From Parasitella parasitica NRRL 2501 (taxonomy: Eukaryota > Fungi > Mucoromycota), in the NCBI GenBank assembly GCA_025201805.1, contig MU619394.1, forward strand, positions 1 to 64,000: 64,000 bases of DNA, in the 5' to 3' direction. The notes under the pieces were generated by a model. The model was not told where the DNA came from. It saw nothing but the letters and a program-made list of their open reading frames with translations, and made no database searches. Shown here piece after piece: positions 14,182 to 26,870 of the stretch (positions are counted from its first letter, which is position 1; every line of letters begins with the position of its first letter). A program made the position numbers and the translations under genes.

Positions 14182-17100
14182 TTAGCATACACTGAGTGCC
14201 ATTTCGACATAATTACTAGGGAATACACCTTCAACGAAAGAGCCATCCGATTCTATGCAGAGTGCGTGTTAAAGACGTGTTATATACAATGATTATAAAT
14301 ACAACGACTTACTGGCTGCTTTGTATCCAAACCACCAGATGTCGTCACTCGAGTCAACAACGATAATGGGATCTCCTTTCTCAAAGCCAAGTTCGCCCTT
14401 TTCACGGGCACTAAACTCAAACTTGGCATAATACAAATGTGGGTGGTTTTCAGTAGCTACTGCAAAACTGGTGTTGTTCTCGATAGCTGCTTGCATAACA
14501 GATTTGAAATCACTCTTGTACTTGCTTCTCGCCTTGGTGCTTTCTTCTGTGTTGGGTACCTTTTTAGATGTCAGATATTCCTCTACCATTCGCTTCGATG
14601 CAGCTCTTCCATCAAGAGCATTCACTCCGGATGGCGAAGGCGTTGCACGAACGTTTGTTAGAGCTGGCACATTCCCTTGGCTCTGTTGCTGCTGCGTCTC
14701 CATTGTTTCTTCATCAATGAATGCTCGTAATTCGTCCAGAGCATGGCTGGGAACCCCTTGATCCTTGACTTCAACCTGATCATCAATAGGCTCAGCCAGC
14801 TTGGTCTCATCAGCAGCAGAAGAAGAGTGCGATGTATTGACTACGGGCTTAAACTTGTCAGATTTTTTGGTCGGTGTGGGTGGCACAGATGCTTCAGAAA
14901 GGTAGTACTCGTCAAGAGAACCATCGTCGGTTGCTACATGAGCAGATCTACGAGTTACCATGGCTGAAGCCGGCTCGACGAATAGAGGAGCATGCACAGT
15001 TTCAATGGGCGAACCTGCCTTGGCCGTCTTCCAACGAACAGCCGAGTCATCTGTCTCGGTATCTTGACGAGCCGTGTCAATAGGAGCAAGAGATCCGGCA
15101 TCAGAGAGTCGGAAGGCATCAGCATTCATGACTGTGCCGGCATACAATGTCGAATCGTTTTTGAGACGGGGAGTGGGTGCAATGCTGCTCAAGCCAAGCT
15201 TGGTTTTGTCCTGAGACACGTTGTAAGAGTTGGAGTTGTCGCTATTGTCTTCGTTGGGCTCGACAAGCTCAATGGTAGCCACTGCCTTGTTCTTTTCAGC
15301 AGATGGCGCGTTTGTCCAGCGAGCGATAGCAGGGTCACTAGAGAAGGCTCCGCCAGACTGGAACGAATTGTACAGGCTGGATTTGGTCAGTGCAGCAGGC
15401 TTCTCGAGAGGATAGTTGTCATACAGCTCATTAGAGACTACAGGCTCGACAGTAGCCACGCCAACAGCGCCCTCTGTGTTGCAGTTGGTCCATCTCACAT
15501 TGGAAGCAGGAGCTTTGTACGAGTTTGCAGTAGCGGAGTTTTGGTTTGCGTGCATTAAAACATCTTCTGATGAATGGGTTGTTGGGACAGGAGGCATAGC
15601 TGGGATCACGATAGCTGTGCCTACTGCATCCTTGCTGCTGGGAGCTTTTGTCCATCTCACTTTTTCCGCTTTCTCTGCTACGACAGCACCAGGTCCGTAA
15701 ACGGGGTCGATAAGAGAAGAAGAGCCGCCTGACGATCGAACAAAAGATATGGGCTTTACGACAGCTGTGCTCTTGGCAGCATTAGCTGACGAAGCGTTTG
15801 TCCAGCGGACGTTTTCGGGAGCAGGTGTCACAGCAATAGTCGATGTCTCTGGTGGTGCAATGTTGCTGTAGGTGACAGTTTGTGGCAGTGATCTTTCAGA
15901 GCTGGTAGGGCTACTGCGGCTATTGTCGTGATTGTTGTTGAAGGCAGCTGCAGCAGCGCCAGAAGCGACAATGGACTCGTCTCCGGAAATAGCCAAGCCG
16001 ATTTCAGAGCTTCTGAATGGATTGAAAGGACTGAAACGACGGAATTCAAACATCTCCCGATTGGGAGTAGTTGTGTACTCATTGTTGTAGAAAGAGCCGT
16101 TGTTGGAGCTTCGTTGAGAGCTACCATAGGGATTAGCAAAAGTCTCGGAACGGCCAGCATCATGAGAGACAGCAGGAGAGGATATAATAGTTTCGTTACT
16201 GTTGGGAGACTGATAGTTGGTACTGTGTTGATGTGGATTTTGAGCAAAAGACCTAGGGTGAGCAGTTGGAGGCAGAGGGGCAGCTCTTGCAGTCGTGGTA
16301 GCAACGGCACCGCTATTGGCCGTGTTGTTGTACGGAGACAATGTTTGTTCGTGCAGGCGTTCTTGACTAAGCGATTTAGACATGTTGTACAGCTGCTGGT
16401 TCTCTGGCTGAAGGTGGCGGGATTTCTCATTGCCGCCATCTTCCTTTTCATATTTTTCATCATCGAGAGTGTTTGCTTTCAGCGAGGCTATAATGTCCTT
16501 GGGTGAGCGTGGAGGGTTTCCGTAATACGTGTTGGGGTTTGTCTGGGGGTTGATTTTGCTGTCTCTCTTTCGCTTAAAGTAGACATATAGCATGCAGAGC
16601 AGAACAATCAGGAATACAATGCCCAACGAGATGGCAATCGACACGATGATGACTAAGGGTTGCGCCATGCTTCCGCCTGCATTCAGCGAGCTTGTGAAGA
16701 ATAGTGCTGGATCGACGTAAAAGATGCTGTTCAAACCAGAGCTGACGTCGCCATTGGCATCAGAGGTGACCAGATAAGGGGTCCATTCATCGCCATCAAA
16801 GAAGGCTGCGCTGACATTACCAAGCTCTCCCAAGTTGATGAATCCAGATACCAAAAGCACGCTTTGAGCCGACGAATTGGCAGTAATCACAGGCAACATG
16901 GATAAGCCAGCGATAGAGCTACCAGGCCCCAGCTCCTTTCTGGGAGCAATGAACTGTTGGCCATCCCAAATGCGAATGTATGCAGCAGCAGGAGCATCGC
17001 TGCTTTGGCCAGACACATAGACCTGCTTAGTGATGCTGTTGTAGGAGATGCTGGAGGAAGGACCGGGAAGATCGGCAGTTCCAAATGGGCCCCAAGTATT

Positions 17101-20100
17101 ATTAGCAAAGTCATACTCGGCAATAGCGAGAGGGGAGTTGTTCAGACTGATGTTGCCAGCAGCAACCAGCTTCCCATTGATGAATTGGACATCGCTGACT
17201 TGGCCTAAAAGGCCGGAGCCAAGCGTACTCCATTGCAGGCTGGTAGTATTGATCGAGCAAATAGAAGAGCACGGCATGGAGCCCACAGACGTAAAGTTTC
17301 CTCCGACAATCATGGTATTTTGGCTAGACACATGGCGGATAATGTTGACAGATGCAGGAGACCCATCCAGCGTCTTGACTTCAGGCCCAAGTGATAGCGC
17401 CTTGCTGCTCAAATTAAATACGGCTAAATTGTTGCTGCTGGGTCCAGTGAAGCGACCACCCACGTAGAGCAAATCGTTGTTGACGGCCATCGTATTGATG
17501 GTGCCTTGCCAGTCTGCGCCTTGAACTCCGCTCCAGACACCATTCTCGTAAATAGCGACATTCTGGATATTGCCAGACAAGGTAAACTGGCCACCAAAAA
17601 TAGCTGCATGGGTGCTGTTGCTACTCTCTGTCGAGACATCTCTTTTGGCCAGCTTTGAGGCGGTGTGTTCCTTTGTATAGAGCACGCCGACACGAATAGA
17701 AGAGTTACTACTACCTCCAGGATAGAATGCATCGAAAGGCGACAGGGTAGAGTCTTTTGAAATGAATGAAATGCCTCGAGATTGGTATCGTTGCGCACTT
17801 TTAATGCTGCCAATAAAGTAGTCGTTTTTGTTAAAGTTGATGATGGAATAGACCACGCCTGACAAGTAAGGTATGTCGGAAGTTGTGTCCCATAGATTAC
17901 GCTCTGTACTCCAAATAGCTGTGCCAGCAGTGCTGTTTGAATAGGCTTCGTTGCTCGTTTTCAACAATTGCGAAAATTCGCCAGAGACAACGATCGATTG
18001 CTTGTCTTTGATCCAATTCATTGCCTTGACAGGTCCATCGACGCCCTATTAGAAAGAAGAAGAAGAAAGAAAAAATTGCAATATTAGTGAATCAAGTTCT
18101 GTAGTCTGAATGCAATATGTGAGCTTACTCCATGCAATGCGCTCCAGGTGCCTTTCTGGATATCGTAGCGTGCGACATTAGATAAATTATCGCTACTCGT
18201 TGTATTCGTTCCTGCGAGTTTTGCAAACGATCCTCCAACGTACAACTCTGCAAATGACGTTGTGTGTCAATTAACACATCTAATTCTAACGTTTATAAAG
18301 TCTTCACTTACCATTATCAGTGCAAACAAGAGATTCAACAGTGCCGCCAACGCCCTCGTTTTGCAATGCTTTCAGCTGACCGATATTCGTATCGTATTTG
18401 ACAACATTGGTGTATTTGGTCTTTGATTTGTCGGTGCCTGTAAAACTTCCTGCAATGTAAACGCCGTCGCTGGACAAGGCCATGCTTTTGACAATAGAGT
18501 TGCTAGACATAGCATCTATATATGGTGATGTTAATCTACAAGGTCGAGACTGATAATCAAGCGCCAAAAATGCACATACCTGGTAACTGGCCCCATGGAA
18601 TAGACGTGGCATTGATGACAGGCTTGCTGATGTTGTATTGAATTATGCTCGAGAGCGCATCCACAGATGGAATTTTGATAAACTGGACGGCATGGGCAGC
18701 AAAGGTCATGGTGGCATTGCCAGAGAATGTCGTATTTTTGCCCAGCTCAAGTCGAACGCTTGGTGTGAAGCTAGACGACACTACGAAATAGCCAGTGAAG
18801 ATGGACTGACTGAGAACTGAGGAGGGCGTAACAGTGGTTGTATTTGGCTTTTCAAAGGGAGATGCTGATACAGTTGCATCGACATCGGTACGCCCAACAC
18901 AATTATCGGTTGCGCATCCAGGAGAATAGAGCAGAACTTGGTATATGCCAGATTCCGCTATGTTGGGGTAAAATGTCACTGAAGGCGGCGATGCCAAGTC
19001 TGCTTTGGAAACTTGGTTTAGTAGATAGGGAATGCTGGTGTTTGATGAAGCCCAGTCTCCCACTGCTGATATCTTGGGGAGCAGTGTGTTGTTGTTTGTG
19101 ATGGTCGTAGGAGCACAGATGTTCGTGCCTGGGGGGTCGACAGCATAAGCAAAAATTTCTAGAAATGCAAAAAGAGTTGGCAAAACATTTAGCAGCAAAG
19201 GTGAACATGTACATGCCTGACTGAAACACTTTGACAGATGCCAAGCCGCCACCAACGCCATACCAAGAGTTGATGTCGATTGCAATGCCACTCGCCAATG
19301 ATATATTAGTGATTCTGAAATCTTGGTGCAAGACGTTTGTATTGTTTGAGAGAGAGCAGTTTGTCGAACAGGTTTTTGTGAGATTTGTGTCTGGGTCAAA
19401 ATAGGAAAGCTGATATGTGGTTGCATCTGTTAACGATCGAATGCTGTTGTAATAGGCAAAAAGAGTTAGTATTTACTCCTGTCAGAGATTTTCCCTCTCA
19501 CTCGCTCTCGCTCTCCCTCCCTGCCATGCACTCCTTAAAAACAAAAAATACGCACGAAAATTGATTTGTTTGATGATCTCTCAGTTTTGAGTTGGAAATT
19601 CGAATCAAGACTGGATTCACGCTGTATTCGAGAAAAGTTACTTGCCATGTGCCCTTGACGCCATCAGACAGAATCCAAGGGCTGGCATTGGTAACGTCTG
19701 CGCAGACGATGGATCCGGGGGTCGCAGAATTCGACGCAGTATTTGTAGCTGTTACACTCTAAAAAAAAAAAAAAGTTGTGGTCGTCAAATTAGTGCAGCA
19801 TGTAAAAAAAAAGGGGAATTTCATTGTTATTTTTAATTACTTACTGCTGATGATAGACGGATTGGCTGTGTTGCAGGTGCGTGGTAGGGCTGCCCGTCGG
19901 TAGTAGCGTTGAACTCGCCTGCAAATAGCATCGAGTTTTTGTTGGATTTAATGATGGAATAGACTGGCCCATTAACACCCTTCCACGGCAGTCCTTGCCA
20001 TTGATCATTCTTCCAGAGAGCAATACCGCCTCCAAATTGGGAAAGCGAGTCCGAATAATTGATCATGGAAATATCAACGGGTGCAATGAATGAACCACCA

Positions 20101-20534
20101 ACGTACAGCTGCTGATTGGCTGTATCACAATAAAGGCTATGAACGGGCCCGTCGAGACCGTATTTCAATGGCCTCAGTTGGTTGATTTTGAGGTCGATCG
20201 ACGCAATGTTGTTGACGCTTTGTCCCTTGATGGTGGAAAAATTACCGGCAATGAACAGCTTGTTGGAGAGCATGCAGGCGTCGTAGATGGATCCATTGAT
20301 GTTTGATGATGCAATCAGCCTGAGGGTGTCGTTCGAGAGAGAAACGACAGATGAGGTCGATCTTGGGATTTGTGTTAGTTGTTTGGTGTCTTTGTACAGC
20401 GATATCCCGCTATACGATCCTGAAATACCCAGCCTCTCGACAGGATCAAAGTTGATGTTGGGATGTGTAACAAACGATGCGAGGCAGATGTTTATCGCTG
20501 CTGACAGTAGAATGTAGAATAAGCCTGCTGTCAT
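14182..20534 (-). CDS. rax2: Rax2-like polarity landmark: signal peptide, beta-propeller ectodomain, TM helix, long cytoplasmic tail, C-terminal SH3
   Basis: LGISGSYSGISLY start, repeated LYVGGSF/FAGEF propeller blades, NVSAAFFDGDEWTPYLVT, TM VIIVSIAISLGIVFLIVLL, SH3 YAKFEFSAREKGELGFEKGD...WWFGY, last exon EGVFPSNYVE. Confidence 0.88.
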
Positions 20535-20550
20535 TTATGTGCGTGAGTCT

Positions 20551-20600
20551 GTGTGTGTGTGTTTGCGTATTTGTATATGTATGTATGTATGTATGTATGT
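20551..20600. repeat. (TG)n + (TATG)n microsatellite upstream of the rax2 start
   Basis: gtgtgtgtgtgt...atgtatgtatgtatgtatgtatgt seen directly. Confidence 0.85.
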
Positions 20601-22389
20601 TGGTTTATTTCAATGGGTAAAATGTTGGTACAAGTATATATATCGGTGGAATTAGCTCGATCAGGATTATATCATCAATAATCCTCTGCAAGCGTCAATT
20701 AGAGAAAGCAAAAAGGAAGGGAAATAAACGAACGGATGGGGATTTCAGACAATAAAAGCGCAAGCAAAAGAGAAAAAAAAAAAGAAGGAGAGAATGGGTT
20801 AAAAATAATGAAATAATAAATGAGAATAACAAAAGGAGTCTTGGTTGGTCAATAAAAAGGTGGTGTTATACAAGAATTGGAAGGGTTACAATTACAGAAC
20901 AGAGTAAATTGGCACATGTTTATTTGGCATTAGGGCAACACCGCTTAATGTCACACTAGTTAAACTACATTTATAACTGGGCTTTTTGTTTGCTTCAAAA
21001 TGAGCACATACAGCAGAACCACCGACACAAATGACGGCTCATTTTTAATGTGCTTTGCAAGATGCAGGTGTTGATATAAAGTTCCATTTCACCAGGAATT
21101 TGGAAGATTATCCCTGTCAATTTGTTTAAATTAAAATTTATGAGGAATCGATGTAATTGATCATGCTACTACTGTATTACTTTGGACGCGATTTTTCTCG
21201 ATAATTCATTGTTTTGCTGTGCCACCATATCAAGGAGCATAGTCCACTGTAAAGATGGTTGGTAAAACATATAAAAGCTGCACTCAAAGAAGCGTCTTGT
21301 TACTTAATAAAGGGTCTATAATTCTCTTGTCAAAGATCTTTTTTCATGAAATCAGCAGGATAGACACAAAAAAACAGGGGGAGATAAAAGGCATGAATGA
21401 TGATCTAGTATATTCTAGCTTTATCATTAGACTCTTCTACTCGTAAACTCTTGGCATGATAGGTCCAAACATAAGCCTACATGTATAATCGACTGAAAAA
21501 ATCTTTTGCTGCTCTATGGATCCAGCAGTAGCATGACATGGCCATGAAAGACCTTTATATTTGTATCTTTAGATAACATGTTTACATGTATTTGTCAAAG
21601 TCATTGTAAACAACGATAATAGAACCGATAAGAGCAGGAAATTGCTAATAAAGCCTTCCTACAAGCTTAATAATATGCTACTGGCTTTTTAAATTTAGAG
21701 CGACCAGTGTCAGTAATTTACTTTTAAAGCGAAGATTGTTATGAAGCAGGCATTTGTGCTCTAACGGTTTATGCGTCAAAAGGGCTCACATCATATACTA
21801 TATACAAATCTATCACTGACAAATGGGCCGTGTTGTTATAAGAGGTACGATATTCTGGAGTTTATACACGCACCGTTTTTCCTTGCATATTTAACTATTC
21901 ATTGCATGTCTTCACAACTGACCACATTTGCTTTGAAATCCAATAAGAGCACGCTTGGAGGTGCTACTCGAGCAGAACCAACTTTTTCGAGGTGCTGATC
22001 TTCTCAGTCGCCTATTGCTCTACGGGCAAAACATCAAGTGCCCAATTCAAAGTCGTAACTACAGAGTTGTGTTGTATAAATATGAACAGAAAGAAATCCG
22101 TAATCTGAATATGATATGCCATTTGGAAATAGTGCGAGCACTTAATTAAAGTTCGTTTATTAGTGCGTGTTCTGATTACTGTTCGTCTAGAGGAGTTGAG
22201 CTTTTTGAACGCTCAGAAGCTTTAGATGTGTGATATGTTTTCTATTAACGCATTTGATATGATAACGAAGCACCACTGTAAAGATTTGAGGAAATTAGCT
22301 CAAAAAGCCTAAGGTCCGGTGAAAAGTTGCGAGCGAAATTTTAATGCAAGCAATCGCAACTTGTTGAAAGATTCGACAGGGCAAGAGGA

Positions 22390-23206
22390 GTATCAGAGCG
22401 TAGACAAAGCAAACCTAGTGGGGTCCCACAAAAATTGGTAGATCCAGAAGGATGTTTGGGAGTCTCCTAGATAAACCCAAGCTACTGATCAAATTTCCGT
22501 AATACAAGCTTCAATATAATTGATATCCATTCAAAGAATAAGAGGGCGGTGGAAATGCGGAGTGTCTCCTAGATAAAATTGACGCCAATTGTAATGTCTT
22601 TGTGGAGCAAGCTTCAATGTTATTAATTGTGTTTGGCGAAAAAATGACAGAGCAAGGGAACATCAGAGCGTGGACAAAGCAAACCCGGCTGAATACTACA
22701 AAGTAGCATAGATCCAGAGGTGTGTTTGAGAGTCTCTTAGATAAACCCAAGTACTAATCAAATCTTCGTTACCCCAAACATCAATACAATAAATATCAGC
22801 CTCAAAAATATACAAGGCGAATAATATCAGAGTGGCTATGGCAATCCAGGGGCTACCTCCCAATCTTTGCCTGACTGGCCACAACACGATCGATCTAAGC
22901 TTGAAAGAGAGAAGGAGCGAAGTAAATGCGGGAGTGTCTCCAAGATAAAATAGACGCCAATTGTAATGTCTTTGTGGAGCAAGCTTCAATGTCATTAATT
23001 GTGTTTGGCGAAAAATGGCAGAGCAGGGGAGCATCAGAGCGTGGACAAAGCAAATCCGGCTGAACACTGCAAAGTAGCATAGATCCAGAGGAGTGTTTGA
23101 GAGTCTCTTAGATAAACCCAAGTACTAATCAAATCTTCGTTACCCCAAACATCAATACAACAAATATCAGCTTCAAAGATATACAAGACGGATAATATCA
23201 GAGTGT
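22390..23206. repeat. Degenerate tandem direct repeat, ~2.5 copies (offsets ~270 and 371 bp)
   Basis: atcagagcgt[ag]gacaaagcaaa at ~22392, 22662 and 23033; agataaacccaag[c]tact recurs in all three; gacgccaattgtaatgtctttgtggagcaagcttcaatgt at 22581 and ~22953. Confidence 0.9.
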
Positions 23207-23500
23207 CTCGTGGCAAGTTCTAAGGCTGTTCTTCATGTCTTTGCACTTAGGCGCAAGTGTCGCTATTGACTCCAATAATCAATGGAAATGTGATAGGGTA
23301 TATAAACAAACTTACAACTTTACGATTGACCAAATTGACACTATTGATTTACGCAGCATTGCTTCCATGCGAATAATACATCAAATACTTACTTTTTGTT
23401 ATCGTTTAGTTGGTGAGCAGTAGGAAGAAACAAAGCATTTTTATTGTACTGGTGTTCATTTGCAGGGAGTGACTCGTGTCAATGGAATGGCACGCTATAA

Positions 23501-25468
23501 ATGCACGATCAATTTATGCAGCAACCCTTTTGCCAACAAATGGAATTATTAGAAGCTTATGTTACTGAAAGCAATTCAAATGAAATTGTCTTTAGCAAAT
23601 TTATCCAGGAAAAACATGAGGCGGTTATAAATTATCTAGCTTCAGTGACCATAGATAAACAAAGTGTGAAAAACGGCGATGTGGAACACCTGCTTTCTCG
23701 TATCTTCATGTCATTCAAAAAACGAAACACGAATCCCAAGCTCTTGGTTAGTGTTTAGGGCAAGTGATATAGTCAAAAGCTATTAATGTGCGTTTTTCTA
23801 GTACATAATGGACAGATATAAAGTAGGATGGGATACAGTCATGGAAGATTTAGAAAAGGTACCCATAAATTGGACACCATTTAATGAATTGAATAGTCTG
23901 ACAACAGTCAACAGGCACGAGTGGCACAGACAGAGTCTGAAGTAAGAAGACTAGCTAATAAACGACGAAAGACGCATTTGTATTTGCACCTTAACGAAAA
24001 CAGCTATGTGGAAAGTCTCATCAACGTATGTATTAGGTTGAAATATGTGTATCAACGGTCTAATGGAATATAGCAAGGTGCCACCATTATCAATGCAGAA
24101 GATGATGTTTTCAAGACTGGACTCCCCTTTGACTTTTTAACTGTGAAAAATGATATCAGATTATGGCGAGATGCAGCTCAAAGAGTTGACAAGTTGTCAA
24201 AACAAGAGTGAGTTGGTTAATTACCAAAGTCTGTTGATGCGAAATACCAATATGCTAAATTGCTTCGGACATGTAGCCTCTTATATTACGGAACTACTGA
24301 TTTCACTAACAAATCACCAAAATCAGCAATCAAAGCAATTTTAAAAGAAAACTTTACTGTATTCAAGAATCACTTTGAAAAGCTGTATGTGTCTAATCAT
24401 GACATTGAATGTACTATCAAGGTAAAGTATGTCACCCCTAGATGCATTGGAAAAAGAAACTAATCATCGAAATCTCTTCTTCCAATTCACAGATAGAAAA
24501 ATTGAGCGAACTGATGTAAATTTGAAGGCATATTTTACTTGTTGAAAGAATGATTGAAACACCTCTAATTTTTGTTTCAGGAACGACCAATTCAAAGATG
24601 GCACCAATAGTTTCAAAGACGATTATATTAATGAAAGACACTACATAGCATGCTTTGTATATCCCTTGGTACAGATAATTTTGCATGATGTGTCAAGACA
24701 ACAGATCAGACAGAGATGGTAAGCTAGCTTTTGCTTGTAGAAAATATCGCTAATGTCATACACACACTTGCATAGGGGAGAGGCAAAGCTGAGTTGCTCC
24801 AAACAGGAAGAAAATAGGGCGCTAGATGATGATGATCGACGTTCCTCTGGTGCCAATATTGATGCCATTATTGATTTAAAGCAATTAAACAATATGGAAT
24901 TTGTAATTGTTGAGGTCACAGGTGGACCTACAGGGAACCATCACGAGCACTTTTTAGAAGACAAGAATAAGTTAGCTAAAAACTTGAAGACCATCCTCAA
25001 ATTTATCATTTCACTTCGTCCTGATCTAGCTTTGTTGGTACCCAGCTTGAAACTTTTCGGTATACAAATTTATAGTAAGTTTCCTGGTAATCAAGCATAG
25101 CTATAGGTGCACTAAACATTATATATTCTAGTGAATGAAATACATGTATACAGCATCAATAGCCCCATCAACAACATGTACATATATCGAGAAGAAAAAA
25201 AAAATCAAAATACCCAGCATGCAAGCTTTGTTGCACATTGAAATGAAACCATTCCTACGCGAGTTGGTTGTGATCAAGGCAGGTTCAACGACATTTAAAT
25301 TGTTTTGTTATATATATGATACACTAACTTGGCTTATAGAAATTTATTTTATCTAGTTGTACAAGCATCGAAGCATTTATTCAGGCAGAAGCAGGAGAAA
25401 ATGATCAGAGTACTATAAGCGCCTCCTCATCTCCATACGTGTCTCCCAGCAAAGGCAAAAGAAAATAA
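23501..25468 (+). pseudogene. Multi-exon hypothetical gene with PD-(D/E)xK/REase-like motifs; probably damaged
   Basis: Spliced exons give NERHYIACFVYPL, WGEAKL, NIDAIIDL, EFVIVEVTGGP and EDKNKLAKNLK. The exon/intron structure breaks down around 24420-24570. Confidence 0.55.
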
Positions 25469-26120
25469 TGATATTCATAGTCATCAATGAATAGCTTTTT
25501 CATGTATGATAAATCATTTACATAAAATGAATCTTCGCTGCTTCATTCGACAATTATATCCTCTTTATCTATACATGATTTGTTAAATGTGTGTGTCTGT
25601 GTGTGTGTGCCTCGCCTCTGACATGACTACAAACTATATTACAACACAACTCCAAAAATCTTTTTTGAATTAAAGTGATTTAATCAACACACTCGGGAAC
25701 AGTTTATAGGTTATAATAATCACATAATATCAAATCTAGGCATTGCTTATATATGATAAAACTGATTGTTGTTTACCCAAGCAATTCATGGCTCGCGTCA
25801 AATAATAATTAATTTACTAGTAATTTACCAATAGGAACTTGAAAGATCCCCTTTCATTACTTTGTTAGTAGCATAACTTGCTATGACACAATTTTAGAGC
25901 ACAACTTTATAATTATGGTCATATACAAAGCTCTAAAATAGTTGCTTGATGGAATATAGCCAGCGTAACCTTCTCGATTCGAGAAAGAAGACACATTATG
26001 ATGTCTCTGGCTGACGTTTCTGGCCATGTATTTACGGATGTTGCCATGCGTGCTAGTTGTAAAAGAGCACTGTGCTATGTACAATCTATAAACGGCCATG
26101 CTTTAAATAATGAAGTTAAA

Positions 26121-26130
26121 NNNNNNNNNN
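26121..26130. other. Assembly gap (10 N) flanked by a poly-A run
   Basis: nnnnnnnnnn in the sequence. Confidence 1.
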
Positions 26131-26131
26131 A

Positions 26132-26162
<31 letters not shown>

Positions 26163-26870
26163 GTTTGGAAACGTTCTCGACCTATTGAGTTCTGCATACA
26201 GGGATGTAAAAGATTTGCAACTTCAAAGGAAGCTGTTTCAGGATTGATTTGGCCTGAGCATTTATTGAGGTATGACATGATGATTTTCCAGCAGAGTTTG
26301 TGCGTCTGCATCTGATAGACGTGATATGTTATAGAACGAGCTGGTAATGCAAATTAACATTGCATCATGTGTATATTTATTGCTGGCTAAATCCACATCT
26401 CTTCGTGCACGAGGATTTTCGTAGTAACAGCTTATGTGAGGTTATACGGATATTCCATTTATTGTCTTTTCTCTTTTAATGAAAAATAAGGCTTTGGCTC
26501 AATCCAGACTGTGCTATTCTTATAAATGTCGATTTCTACGTTGCAATTAATCGAGATATTCAGGGTGCTGTCAGGTGGTATATTGCAATTCATGAATTCT
26601 GTATCATTGCCATTTTCATTGATTTTATTATTGGAGGAGCCGACTTATTCAATACTCTCATCATTTATGTCACTTACAATATTAAGCTAATTCTTCACTA
26701 ACGTTATCCCGAATGAAGCATGAATAGCTGGGAAAAAATGCATTTACCAATGATTTGAAGCGTTTTCATATAACGCGGTGAGTTAAATGACGTCGTGGAA
26801 GCAATATTACTAAAGCATTTGGGTTTCGAGTTTGAGCAACATCGTTTTTTATATCTCTTTTTATAACATA

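Noticed and set aside
14437-17813. Many antisense and alternate-frame ORFs over rax2 (likewise over the Abp1, ABC and kinase genes)
   Set aside because: Shadow ORFs caused by codon bias and low-complexity coding sequence; no independent motifs.
22390-23206. Possible CRISPR-like array in the repeat region
   Set aside because: Units are hundreds of bp with no short-repeat/unique-spacer structure, and the context is eukaryotic.
26118-26315. Poly-A tract suggesting a non-LTR retrotransposon tail
   Set aside because: It abuts an assembly gap, and no RT motif or TSD is visible.
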